From positions 3,200,001-3,264,000 of the forward strand of contig OY970178.1 in assembly GCA_963707915.1 (NCBI GenBank): a stretch of DNA of 64,000 nucleotides, written 5' to 3'. The translations under genes and the position numbers were made by a program. The number at the start of each line of letters is the position of its first letter. Position 1 is the first letter of the stretch. The notes under the pieces were generated by a model. It saw only the letters and a list, made by a program, of their open reading frames with translations. It ran no database searches and was not told the origin of the DNA. Positions 31,061 to 39,951 of this stretch are shown here, piece after piece. The stretch is from Candidatus Eiseniibacteriota bacterium (GTDB taxonomy: Bacteria > Eisenbacteria > RBG-16-71-46).

Positions 31061-32161
31061 TCATCCCAGCGCCTCCTCGTAGACGTCCAGCGTGCCGCTC
31101 GCGGTGCGTGCGAAGCTGGACTCGCGCGCCCGGGCGAAGCCGGCGCGCACGAGCTGCTCCCGTCGGGCGGTGTCCGCGAGCAGCCCCGCGATCGCCGCGC
31201 TCCACGCCTCGACGTCGCCGGGCGGGAGCAGGACGGCGGCGTCGCCCAGCGTCTCGGGCAGGGCGCCGGCGTTCGAGGCCAGCACCGGCGTGCCGCACGC
31301 CATGGCCTCGAGGGGCGGCAGCCCGAAGCCCTCCGCCAGCGAGGGCTGCACGTAGAGCGCGGCGCCGCCGTAGAGGCGGGCGAGGTCGCCCGCGTCGCGC
31401 AGCGCGCCGGCGAAGTGGACGATGGCGCCCAGGCCCAGCCGGGCGGCGAGGCGGGCGAGGGGCTCGTCCGCGCCCCAGGCCGGGCCCGACAGCACCAGCG
31501 GCGGGCGCGCGGCGGCCGGGATGCGCGCCAGGGCCTCGAGCAGGACCGGGAGGTTCTTGTGGGGCTTGCGCGCGCCGACGTACAGCAGGTAGCCCGACGG
31601 CAGCCCGCGGGCCGCGCGGAACGCCTCGACGCCGGCCGCCGCGGCCGGGACGAGCCCGGGCGGGACCCCGAGCGGGACCACCCGCACCTTCGCCCCGGGC
31701 ACGCGCAGCAGCTCCACCACCTCGTCCCGGGTGTGGGACGAGTCGGCCAGCACCAGCCGCGCGCGCCGCGCGGCCGTCCCGGCCATGGCGCGGGCATAGA
31801 GCGCCGCGCCCGGCGGGAAGAACCGCGGGAAGCGCAGGTGGATCAGGTCGTGGATGGTGACCACCGCGGGCCCGTGCCAGCCCAGCGGCAGCGTGTAGTG
31901 CGGCTCGTGCAGCAACTCGATCTCCGCGCGCCGCGCCGCGCGCGGCACCACCAGGTGCTCGCCCAGCCCGTATTTCCCGGCCCGCACCGGGACCTCGCGC
32001 ACCCGGCCGTCCGCGCGGGCCACGCCGCCGCGGTCGGCGGGGTCCACCAGCGCGACGAACTGGTGGCCGCGGGGAGCCTCCGCCAGCGCGCCGAGCAGCG
32101 CGCGGATGTAGGTGCCGATGCCGCCGTCCCGGAGCTTGCGCGCGTCGAGCCCGACGATCAT
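31061..32161 (-). CDS. GT4 glycosyltransferase (MtfB/WbpY-like)
   Basis: MIVGLDAR..GGIGTY, VTIHDLI, YVGARKPHKN, PSLAEGFGLPPLEAMACGTPV. Confidence 0.93.
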   Translation of the reverse strand: MIVGLDARKLRDGGIGTYIRALLGALAEAPRGHQFVALVDPADRGGVARADGRVREVPVRAGKYGLGEHLVVPRAARRAEIELLHEPHYTLPLGWHGPAVVTIHDLIHLRFPRFFPPGAALYARAMAGTAARRARLVLADSSHTRDEVVELLRVPGAKVRVVPLGVPPGLVPAAAAGVEAFRAARGLPSGYLLYVGARKPHKNLPVLLEALARIPAAARPPLVLSGPAWGADEPLARLAARLGLGAIVHFAGALRDAGDLARLYGGAALYVQPSLAEGFGLPPLEAMACGTPVLASNAGALPETLGDAAVLLPPGDVEAWSAAIAGLLADTARREQLVRAGFARARESSFARTASGTLDVYEEALG

Positions 32162-33330
32162 CGCGACCTCCGCCACGCCTCGTGCGCCCGCTCGAACGCC
32201 TCGCCGAACCGCCGGTCGAACTCCTCCGCGGCGAACGGCATCGCGAGCCCGCGCAACTCGGCCGGATCGAAGCGCTCGCGCTCGAACGCCTCGATCGCCG
32301 CGGCCAGTCCATCGACCGTCTGCGTGCCGAACAGCACGCCCCCGGGGACGCGCGCCACGCCGCCCGCGGCCACGCACGCGAGCGCCGCCGGGCTCGCGCC
32401 GCGGCCCACGGTCTCGAGCGCGCCGCCCCGGCCGTAGGCGATCACCGGCGTGCCGCTCGCCATCGCCTCGAGCGGGATGATCCCGAAGTCCTCCTCGCCC
32501 GGGAAGAGCAGCGCGCTCGCGCCGGCGTAGATCGCGCCGACCTGCTCGTCGCCCACCCAGCCGCGGAACTCGGTCCCGGGCGGGGCGAGGCGGTGCAGCC
32601 TGGGCTCGTCGGGCCCGGCCCCCGTGACCAGGACGCGCCGGCCGAGCCGGGCGCAGGTCTCCAGCGCCAGGTCGGCGCGCTTGTACGGAGCGAAGGCGCC
32701 GGCCAGCAGGTAGTGAGGTGCCGTGCCCGCGGGGGGCCGTGTGCTGCCCGCGCGGAAGCGATCCACGTCCACCGGTGGATAGAGCACCTCCGCCTCGCGG
32801 CCCCAGTGGCGGCGGATGCGCCCGGCGACGTGCGCCGAATCGGCGAGCAGCGCGTCCGGGCGCGTGCTGGTCGCGCGGTCCCAGGCGCGCAGGCGTTCGC
32901 AGGTGCGGCGCACGTAGGCGGAGAGCGGCCAGGGGAAGCGCCCGGGCGGGAAGTAGGCCGGCTCGAGGTCCCAGACGTAGCGCATCGGCGTGAAGACGTA
33001 GCTCAGGTGGAAGGTGCCGGGTCGCGTGACGGCGCTCTTCGCCGCGGCGTGGCTGGTGGAGATCACCACGTCGAAGCCGGACAGGTCGAACGACTCGATG
33101 GCGCGGGGGAAGAGCGGCAGGAACCAGCGGTAGCGCCGCTCCGCCCCGGGCAGGTGCTGCAGGAACGAGGTGACGATCGGGTGCGACTCGATCGCTGCCG
33201 AGACCGAGCCGCGCTTCCAGACCAGCGTGTGGATCGGGGCGCCCGGGTAGCGGGCGGCGATGCGCTCGAGCACCCGCTCGCCGCCGCGCATGCCGGTGAG
33301 CCAGTCGTGGACGAGGGCGACCCGGGTCAC
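32158..33330 (-). CDS. GT4 glycosyltransferase (WbaZ-like)
   Basis: VALVHDWLTGMRGGERVL, TPMRYVWD, PYKRADLA, FPGEEDFGIIPLEAMASGTPVIAYGRGGALETV. Confidence 0.93.
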   Translation of the reverse strand: MTRVALVHDWLTGMRGGERVLERIAARYPGAPIHTLVWKRGSVSAAIESHPIVTSFLQHLPGAERRYRWFLPLFPRAIESFDLSGFDVVISTSHAAAKSAVTRPGTFHLSYVFTPMRYVWDLEPAYFPPGRFPWPLSAYVRRTCERLRAWDRATSTRPDALLADSAHVAGRIRRHWGREAEVLYPPVDVDRFRAGSTRPPAGTAPHYLLAGAFAPYKRADLALETCARLGRRVLVTGAGPDEPRLHRLAPPGTEFRGWVGDEQVGAIYAGASALLFPGEEDFGIIPLEAMASGTPVIAYGRGGALETVGRGASPAALACVAAGGVARVPGGVLFGTQTVDGLAAAIEAFERERFDPAELRGLAMPFAAEEFDRRFGEAFERAHEAWRRSR

Positions 33331-34589
33331 GCGCCGGCCCCGGGCGGGGTGGCCGCGTCGGGCGTCGTCGCCGCGTCCGGGGCGTCGCGCTCGTCCCAGC
33401 CCCGCGCGGCCCAGGCCATGCCCACCAGCGTGAAGAGCGGGTAGAGCAGGGCCTCGCTGCCGAAGTTGAACTCGAAGAGCCCGGCGACCAGGAAGCCGAC
33501 CAGCAGCGCGACGACTCCGGCGCGCAGCCCCACCGCGAGCCCGCCCGCGGCGATCCTTCGCCGCAGCCCGCGCCCGGCGGCCACGAACAGCGAGCCGTAG
33601 AGCAGCGCGAAGGCGGCCAGCCCGACGAGCCCCATGCTGGCCGCGATCTGGACCGGCACGCTGTGCAGGTGACCGGCGCGTTCCCTGGCCTGCGGCGGCT
33701 TGTAGCGTTCGTAGATCGGCTGCAGGTCCTGGGGCCCCACGCCGGTGAGCGGACGATCGAGGAACATGGCGAGCCCGCCCTGCCACATGTAGGTGCGCTC
33801 GAGGTTGGTCGGGTCGTGCAGGTCGAAGGAGCTCAGCGCCCGCGCCCGGTACGACGCGGGCGCCAGCGCGACGGCGACGGCGATCGCGGCGGCCAGCGCC
33901 GGGAGCCAGCGCGGGCGCGACAGGCCGAACAGGGTCGCCAGCGCGGCGGCCAGCCCGAGCCAGGCGCTGCGCGTGAAGGTGGCCGCCAGCGCGACGCTGC
34001 CGGCCAGGGCGGAGCCCAGCGCGGCCAGCCGCCAGCGCCGGGCGGGCTCGAGGGCGGCCACGCCCGCGGCCAGGCTCACGAAGATCAGGAGTTGGCCGCC
34101 GAAGGTCATATAGTGGCCGACCGCGCCGTGGGCGCGCTGCGGCCAGCCGACCCCCAGCGCCAGGTAGTGGACGATCCCGAAGAGCGCCGCCAGCGTGGCG
34201 GAAGCGAGCAGGACCGCGAGCGTGCGGCGGCCCTCGCGGGCCGTTCGCGTGTAGGTCGCGGCCATCGGCACCAGCAGGGGGAAGAGCGTCTTCTTGAGTT
34301 GCACGAGACTTGCAGCCCGATCGACGGCGAACCATGCGGAAAGCGCGAAGGCGGCGAACCATGCGAGCGCGGGCCAGGCGACCGGCGTGGCGGGCCAGCG
34401 GTCCGAACGCCGGATCCAGCGGGCCAGGGTCAAGGGGGCGCAGATCGCGACCGCGATGGACATTGGCGCGATCGACCAGGGCAGCGCAGCGACGAAGAGC
34501 AGGAAGCTCCAGCCGGCCACCCGGTCGAGCAACGGCTCCGGGGTGGCAGGCGGGGCAGGATTCTTGCGAGCGAGGACGATCTTCGACAT
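33327..34589 (-). CDS. O-antigen ligase (WaaL)/O-OTase family membrane protein
   Basis: About 12 TM helices; RAHG..GHYMTFG, TFTRSAWLG, R.YMW..G..M..DRPLTGVG, HLHSVPVQIAASMGLVG. Confidence 0.9.
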   Translation of the reverse strand: MSKIVLARKNPAPPATPEPLLDRVAGWSFLLFVAALPWSIAPMSIAVAICAPLTLARWIRRSDRWPATPVAWPALAWFAAFALSAWFAVDRAASLVQLKKTLFPLLVPMAATYTRTAREGRRTLAVLLASATLAALFGIVHYLALGVGWPQRAHGAVGHYMTFGGQLLIFVSLAAGVAALEPARRWRLAALGSALAGSVALAATFTRSAWLGLAAALATLFGLSRPRWLPALAAAIAVAVALAPASYRARALSSFDLHDPTNLERTYMWQGGLAMFLDRPLTGVGPQDLQPIYERYKPPQARERAGHLHSVPVQIAASMGLVGLAAFALLYGSLFVAAGRGLRRRIAAGGLAVGLRAGVVALLVGFLVAGLFEFNFGSEALLYPLFTLVGMAWAARGWDERDAPDAATTPDAATPPGAGA

Positions 34590-34754
34590 GGGACGCGTCG
34601 GTTGGCGCGGGCCGGCACGACGGGTCTCCCCGCCACGGTGCGTGGTCACAGGCGCCGCACGCTATCGGAGTGGCTGAGGGCTGTCCAGAGGGACACGGCC
34701 GCGGTGGGTGGGAGCATCGCCTTCCGGGCCGCGGGGACCGGCCCGGAGGCTGCA

Positions 34755-34795
34755 CGCGGAGTTCTTGGCACTCCGCGGGTCCATTGGGGTAGTAT
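34755..34795. promoter_or_regulatory. Operator-like inverted repeat overlapping a candidate promoter in the divergent waaL/epimerase spacer
   Basis: CGCGGAGT-N7-ACTCCGCG (34755-34777); TAGTAT at 34790-34795; TTGACA at 34804. Confidence 0.4.
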
Positions 34796-34980
34796 CCGGC
34801 GACTTGACAGGTGTGGGCAGCCCAAGCGGTCTGAACGGAGAGTCGCGGCAGGCGGAGGTCCCCGACCGGGACCCGCCGGTGGTAGCGCACTTCTCGTGTC
34901 CGGTTTCGCCGATGCGCCATGGACCTCGGCCAGTGCGGACCCGGAGTCGGTCTTGAAGCGGGTCCAGTGAGGGAACGCTC

Positions 34981-35979
34981 ATGAGAATCTTCGTCACCGG
35001 AGGAGCCGGGTTCATCGGGTCGCATCTCTCCGAAAGGCTCCTCGACGGCGGGCACGAAGTCTGGGTCCTCGATGACCTCTCCACCGGCCGCCTCGAGAAC
35101 ATCCGGGCGTTCGAGCGCCATCCGCGCTTCCGCTTCCTCGAAGGCAACGTCATGGACCAGTCGCTGGTGAACGGGCTGGTGGCCCGCAGCGAGCGGGTCT
35201 ACCACCTGGCCGCCGCGGTCGGCGTCAAGTACGTGCTCGAGAACCCGCTGCGCTCCCTCATCACCAACATCCGCGGCACCGAGGTGGTGCTCCAGGCCTG
35301 TGCCGAGCACGAGCGCCGGGTGGTGATCTTCTCGAGCAGCGAGGTCTACGGCAAGGGCGTGGCCGTGCCCTTCTCCGAGGACGACGACCGGCTGATGGGC
35401 CCGACCAACAAGCTGCGCTGGTCCTACGCGGCCGGCAAGGCGGTGGACGAGTGCCTGGCCCAGGCCTACTGGCAGCAGCAGCAGACCCCGGTGACGGTGG
35501 TGCGTTGCTTCAACACCTGCGGGCCGCGGCAGTCGAGCGCCTACGGCATGGTGATCCCCAACATGATCCAGCGCGCGCTGCGCAACGAGCCCATCCTGGT
35601 GTTCGGGGACGGCCGCCAGAGCCGCTGCTTCTCCGCGGTCAGCGACGTGGTGCGCGGGGTGATGATGCTGGCCGAGAGCCGCGACACCGAGGGCGAGATC
35701 TACAACATCGGCACCGACGAGGAGGTCACCATCCTCGAGCTGGCGCAGCGGATCAAGGCCCTCTGCCGAAGCGAATCGGATATCGAGTTCGTGGCGTACG
35801 AGAACATCTACGGCAGCTCGTTCGAGGACATGCGCCGCCGGGTGCCGAACCTCGCGAAGGTCCGGCGCGCCGTGGGCTACGAACCGCGGTCCACGCTCGA
35901 CCAGCTGCTGGAGATCACCATCCGGGACAACTGCGAACAGATGAGTCTGCCGGTCCCGGCGGGCGTGGCCACGGCCTAG
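34981..35979 (+). CDS. NAD-dependent nucleotide-sugar epimerase/decarboxylase (SDR)
   Basis: VTGGAGFIGSHL, DDLSTG, YHLAAAVGV, SSSEVYGK, RWSYAAGK, FGDGRQSRCF, EDMRRRVP. Confidence 0.92.
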   Translation: MRIFVTGGAGFIGSHLSERLLDGGHEVWVLDDLSTGRLENIRAFERHPRFRFLEGNVMDQSLVNGLVARSERVYHLAAAVGVKYVLENPLRSLITNIRGTEVVLQACAEHERRVVIFSSSEVYGKGVAVPFSEDDDRLMGPTNKLRWSYAAGKAVDECLAQAYWQQQQTPVTVVRCFNTCGPRQSSAYGMVIPNMIQRALRNEPILVFGDGRQSRCFSAVSDVVRGVMMLAESRDTEGEIYNIGTDEEVTILELAQRIKALCRSESDIEFVAYENIYGSSFEDMRRRVPNLAKVRRAVGYEPRSTLDQLLEITIRDNCEQMSLPVPAGVATA

Positions 35980-36022
35980 CCCGGACCGATCGGCTGAGCG
36001 CGAGACTGGCCCCGGACGCCCC

Positions 36023-37039
36023 GTGATCCTGGCCTCCGCCTTCGGCCTCGCGCTCCTGTTCGGCCTCGTCCTGGCACCCGCCGGGATCCGGCTGGCGTGG
36101 GCCACCGGCTATCTCGACCACCCCGCGGCCCGCAAGCTCCACACCTCGGCCACCGCGCTGCTCGGCGGCGCCGTGGTCCTCCTGGCCGGGCTGGCGGCGT
36201 GGGGCGTCCTGCGCCTGGCGGGGCGCGCCGACCCGGTGAGCGCGGCGCCGGGGCTGCTCGCCGGGGCGCTCATCGTGTTCGTGCTCGGCCTGGTGGACGA
36301 CCGCTTCGGCATGAACCCGGTGCTGAAGCTGGCGGGGCAGGCCGCGGCGGCCGCGGTCCTGCTGGCCTCGCAGCGCCTGCCGGGGCTGGGGCTGCCCGTG
36401 CCGCTCGAGGTGGCGCTCACGATGACCGCCCTGGTGGCCCTGATGAACGCCGTGAACTTCCTCGACAACATGAACGGCATGGTCGGGGGGATGGCCGCCA
36501 TCACGCTGGCCGCGTTCGGCCTGGCCTCGGCCGCGCGGGGGGCGATGGGCCTCGCGACCGCGCAGTTCGCCCTGGCCGGGGCCTGTGCGGGATTCCTGCC
36601 CTACAACTTCCCGCGGGCCCGCATCTTCCTGGGGGACGCGGGGAGCCTCCTGTTGGGGTATAGTCTGGGCGCTTCGGCGGTGCTGGCCTTCGCGGCGGCC
36701 CCGCGGGGGTGGGGCCGGCTGGGCCCGCTGCTGCTGCTGGCCTACCCGGCATTCGACATGATCTTCGTCGTGGTCAACCGCCTGGGCGAGGGCCGCAAGG
36801 TCTACCAGGGCGGCAAGGACCACAGCAACCACCGACTGGCGAGTGTGATCCGATGTCCGAAGAGAACCGTCCTCCTGATGTGGTGCAGTTCGGCCGCCCT
36901 CTGCGCAAGCGGGCTCGCGGTCCTGTGGCTCAACCGGCCAGCCCCAGCCCTGCTGTTGTCGGGCCTGTGGATGGCCCTGTTGTCGTGGAGCGGGTGGAGA
37001 CTGTCGTCGATCCCCGTCCTGCCGACGCCGCCCCGCTGA
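36023..37039 (+). CDS. wecA: MraY/WecA-family undecaprenyl-P HexNAc-1-P transferase
   Basis: DHPAARKLH, GLVDDR, KLAGQ, NAVNFLDNMNG, YNFPRARIFLGDAGS, DHSNHRL. Confidence 0.88.
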   Translation: MILASAFGLALLFGLVLAPAGIRLAWATGYLDHPAARKLHTSATALLGGAVVLLAGLAAWGVLRLAGRADPVSAAPGLLAGALIVFVLGLVDDRFGMNPVLKLAGQAAAAAVLLASQRLPGLGLPVPLEVALTMTALVALMNAVNFLDNMNGMVGGMAAITLAAFGLASAARGAMGLATAQFALAGACAGFLPYNFPRARIFLGDAGSLLLGYSLGASAVLAFAAAPRGWGRLGPLLLLAYPAFDMIFVVVNRLGEGRKVYQGGKDHSNHRLASVIRCPKRTVLLMWCSSAALCASGLAVLWLNRPAPALLLSGLWMALLSWSGWRLSSIPVLPTPPR

Positions 37040-37329
37040 CCCCGAGGCCGGCGCCCGCGCCGCGCGTGGCACGCGGAGCCGGCCCCGAGGACCAGCGACT
37101 GCGCGACCTGGTGGTGATGATGGCCCGGGGCCTGGTGGACCGGCCCGACGAGGTGGCGGTCGAGGTCCTGGAACCCGGCGAGGACGCGGTGCTGGAGCTG
37201 CGCGTGCATCCCGACGACCTGGGCCACGTCATCGGCAAGCAGGGGCGCACCGCGCGCTCGATGCGGCTCGCGCTCGGCGCCGCCGCGTCGCGGATGGGCC
37301 GCCATGCCGACCTCGAGATCGCCGATTAG
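36853..37329 (+). CDS. khpA: KH-domain RNA-binding protein KhpA (YlqC), probably with an ~80-aa N-terminal extension overlapping wecA; core domain from ~37100
   Basis: LRDLV..MARGLVDRPDEV, LRVHPDDLGHVIGKQGRTARSMR; lies directly before rimM; in-frame ATG 36853 preceded by gagtgtga. The start is uncertain. Confidence 0.85.
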   Translation: MSEENRPPDVVQFGRPLRKRARGPVAQPASPSPAVVGPVDGPVVVERVETVVDPRPADAAPLTPRPAPAPRVARGAGPEDQRLRDLVVMMARGLVDRPDEVAVEVLEPGEDAVLELRVHPDDLGHVIGKQGRTARSMRLALGAAASRMGRHADLEIAD

Positions 37330-37849
37330 CGGTCCTCCGGCCGTGCCGATGGTGCGGATCGGCCGCATGGGCCGGACCCACGGGGTGCAGGGCGAGGTCA
37401 ACCTGGACGGCGCCTCGCTCACGCCGCTCGAGCTGCACGCGATCAAGCGCTTCACCTGGCGTCGCGCGGGCGCGCCGGAGCGCGTGCTCACGCTCGAGGC
37501 CGCGCGTCCCGCCATGGCGCGCATGCTGGTGCGCTTCGAGGGCATCACCGTGCGCGAACGGGCGGCCGAGCTGACGAACGGCGAGCTGTGGGCCCCGCGG
37601 GAGGCGCTCCCCGCTCCGGGCCCGGGGACGGTCTACACGTTCCAGCTCGTCGGCCTGCGCGTGGAGACCGAGCAGGGCCGCGTGCTGGGCGCCATCGCCG
37701 AGGTGGTCTCGACCGGGGCGCACCCGGTCTACGTGGTGCGGGGCGAGCGCGAGTTGCTGGTGCCCGCCGCGCCCGGCGTGGTGAAGCGCGTGGACCTCGA
37801 GGCCGGGCTCATGGTCGTGGCCCTGCCGGAAGGGCTCGAGGAGCTGTGA
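37304..37849 (+). CDS. rimM: 16S rRNA processing protein RimM (alternative start 37349)
   Basis: IGRMGRTHGVQGEV, LVRFEGITVRERAAELTN, LVGLRV, TGAHPVYVV; synteny with trmD. Confidence 0.93.
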   Translation: MPTSRSPISGPPAVPMVRIGRMGRTHGVQGEVNLDGASLTPLELHAIKRFTWRRAGAPERVLTLEAARPAMARMLVRFEGITVRERAAELTNGELWAPREALPAPGPGTVYTFQLVGLRVETEQGRVLGAIAEVVSTGAHPVYVVRGERELLVPAAPGVVKRVDLEAGLMVVALPEGLEEL

Positions 37850-37856
37850 GGCGGTC

Positions 37857-38606
37857 GTGAGGATCTCGCTGCTGACGATCTTCCCGGACTTCTTCGGACC
37901 GGCCCTCGACGAGGGCATGATCCGGCTCGCGCGCGAAAAGGGCCGGCTCGAGGTCGGCGTGGTCCACCTGCGCGACTTCACCGACGATTCCCACCGCTCG
38001 ACCGACGACTACCCGTTCGGCGGGGGCGTGGGGATGATCATGAAGGTCGAGCCCATCGACCGGGCGCTGCAGTCGCTCGCCGTGGGCGAGAAGGGCGCGC
38101 GCCCGGCGGGCACGCGGGTGGTGCTGTTCTCGCCGCAGGGGCGGCCCTTCACGCAGGCGCTGGCCCTCGAGTACGCCACGCTCGGGCACCTGGTGCTGGT
38201 GAACGGGCGCTACAAGGGCGTGGACGAGCGCGTGAGCGAGCGGCTGGTGGACGAGGAGGTCTCGCTCGGCGACTTCGTGCTGTCGGGCGGCGAGCCGGCC
38301 GCGCTCTGCGTCGTCGACGCGGTGGCGCGCCTGCTGCCGGGCGTGGTCGGCTCCTTCGACTCGGTGGAGGGCGACTCGTTCCACTCCGGCGTGCTCGACA
38401 CGCCGTACTACACCCGGCCGGCGGAGTACCGCGGCTGGCCGGTGCCCGAGGTGCTGCTCTCGGGCCACCACGCCCAGATCGCCAAGGCCCGCCGCGAGGA
38501 GTCGCTGCGGCGCACGCTGGCCCGGCGCCCGGACCTGCTCGCGTCCGCCGAGCTCTCGGCCGAGGACGTCCGTTTCCTGAAGCGCTGGGGGTGGAAGGGA
38601 CGCTGA
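37857..38606 (+). CDS. trmD: tRNA (guanine37-N1)-methyltransferase
   Basis: LTIFPDFF, DDYPFGGGVGM, SPQG, GRYKGVDERV, SLGDFVLSGGE, YTRP, VPEVLLSGHH. Confidence 0.97.
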   Translation: MRISLLTIFPDFFGPALDEGMIRLAREKGRLEVGVVHLRDFTDDSHRSTDDYPFGGGVGMIMKVEPIDRALQSLAVGEKGARPAGTRVVLFSPQGRPFTQALALEYATLGHLVLVNGRYKGVDERVSERLVDEEVSLGDFVLSGGEPAALCVVDAVARLLPGVVGSFDSVEGDSFHSGVLDTPYYTRPAEYRGWPVPEVLLSGHHAQIAKARREESLRRTLARRPDLLASAELSAEDVRFLKRWGWKGR

Positions 38607-38653
38607 GCCTGCGGCCGCGGCTCTCCGCGGGGATCCCGGGCTCCGGCAGGGTG

Positions 38654-38659
38654 TAGAAT
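38654..38659 (+). promoter_or_regulatory. -10 element (TAGAAT) for the inserted lipoprotein gene
   Basis: gtgTAGAATaggg, followed by SD ggaggg and ATG 38681. Confidence 0.5.
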
Positions 38660-38680
38660 AGGGTGACATCGGAGGGTCCC

Positions 38681-39385
38681 ATGAGAGCCGCGTCCGCGCA
38701 GCCCCTGCTCGTCGCCGTCGTCGTCCTGGCGGCCCTCGCCGGCTGTTCGACCGAGGAGCACGTCACCGGGCCGTCCCGGTCGCACCCGACCATCGTGTCC
38801 GCGCCCGTGGCGGACTCGCCCGAGTACGCGGTCCGCTTGTTCCAGTGGGGCTGGAACCACCGCGACCTCGAATCGTTCCGCCGGGTCCTGCCGGGCGACT
38901 TCCGCTTCGTCTTCGCGCTGGCCGACTCGTCCGGGAACCGGTTCACCAACGACCCGCTCGGCCGCGAGGAGATGCTCACCATCCTGTCCGGCATCTTCAC
39001 GGGCGGCGGCCGGTGCTCGCCGGCCAGCAGCGTCGTCCTGCTCTTCGACCCCGTGCTGCGCCCGATCGACGACAGCCGGCCGGGCAGGAACCCGAGGTGG
39101 CACAAGGGGATCCTCACCAGCGTCGATCTCACCCTCAAGCTCGAGGACGGCGAGGAGTATCGCGTCTCCGGGAACGCCCGGTTCTTCCTGGTGCGCGGCG
39201 ATTCCGCGGTCATCCCGCCGGACCTCGCAGCCGAGGGGGTCGGCCCCGACTCGACCCGGTGGTACATCCAGCAGTGGAACGACGAGACGCTCCAGGGGGC
39301 CGGCGCGCTCTCGCGGGCGGTCCCGGCGAAGTCCCAGCCCGCGCGGCAGACGACCTGGGGGAGCATCCTGGCGCTCTACTTCTGA
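38681..39385 (+). CDS. Hypothetical lipoprotein (NTF2/SnoaL-like pattern) ending in TTWGSILALYF
   Basis: Lipobox LAGC; WNHRDLESFRRVL..DFRF, WYIQQWND; coding-like codon usage. Confidence 0.75.
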   Translation: MRAASAQPLLVAVVVLAALAGCSTEEHVTGPSRSHPTIVSAPVADSPEYAVRLFQWGWNHRDLESFRRVLPGDFRFVFALADSSGNRFTNDPLGREEMLTILSGIFTGGGRCSPASSVVLLFDPVLRPIDDSRPGRNPRWHKGILTSVDLTLKLEDGEEYRVSGNARFFLVRGDSAVIPPDLAAEGVGPDSTRWYIQQWNDETLQGAGALSRAVPAKSQPARQTTWGSILALYF

Positions 39386-39488
39386 GACCGGGGTCCCGCA
39401 GGCCGGCCACGCTGCGCGGGTCGCACCGCGGCCGGGTGCTTCCACCCGGGCCGGTTTCCGGCCCCGCGGACGGCGTCCCGGGCCGGAT

Positions 39489-39517
39489 TTGGCGCTCCGG
39501 TCCGTCTCCCGTATAAT
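39489..39517 (+). promoter_or_regulatory. Sigma70 promoter for rplS
   Basis: TTGGCG-N17-TATAAT. Confidence 0.75.
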
Positions 39518-39577
39518 ACGCGGCCGCTGGATTCGCCCGGTTACCGATGACTTGGGCGCGAGACAAAGGAGATCGTC

Positions 39578-39949
39578 ATGGGCCTGATGGAAAAGATCGA
39601 GGCCGCTCAGCTCAAGTCGGACCGACCCGAGCTTCGTCCCGGCGATACTGTCGAGGTCGCGGTGCGCGTGATCGAAGGCGACAAGGAGCGGCAGCAGAAG
39701 TTCCGTGGAGAGGTCATCAACGTGCGCGGCGCGGGAGTCCGCAAGACCTTCACCGTGCGCAAGATCTCGGATGGCATCGGGGTCGAGCGTACCTTCCCGC
39801 TGCACAGCCCGGCGGTCGGCGAGATCAAGGTGATCAAGCACTCGAAGGTCCGCCGTGCCAAGCTGTTCTACCTGCGGGAGAAGACCGGCAAGGCCGCCCG
39901 CCTCACGGAGAAGAAGTCCGGGGCGAGGGAGCGCGCGCCCAAGGAGTAG
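39578..39949 (+). CDS. rplS: 50S ribosomal protein L19
   Basis: PGDTV.V.VRVIEGDKERQQ.F.G, TFTVRKIS.GIGVERTFP.HSP, VRRAKLFYLR; SD aaggag. Confidence 0.98.
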   Translation: MGLMEKIEAAQLKSDRPELRPGDTVEVAVRVIEGDKERQQKFRGEVINVRGAGVRKTFTVRKISDGIGVERTFPLHSPAVGEIKVIKHSKVRRAKLFYLREKTGKAARLTEKKSGARERAPKE

Positions 39950-39951
39950 GC

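Noticed and set aside
34290..34589. Rare-codon patch at the 5' end of the ligase as a second dual-coding region
   Set aside because: No convincing start or protein-like sequence in other frames; 5' ends are commonly less GC3-biased.
34876..34890. ops/JUMPStart-like GGTGGTAGCG
   Set aside because: Imperfect short match in GC-rich DNA; RfaH-type regulation is unsupported here.
32158..36105. 1315-aa ORF
   Set aside because: Only 32158-33330 is a GT4; the rest is shadow or antisense of the ligase and epimerase genes in stop-poor high-GC DNA.
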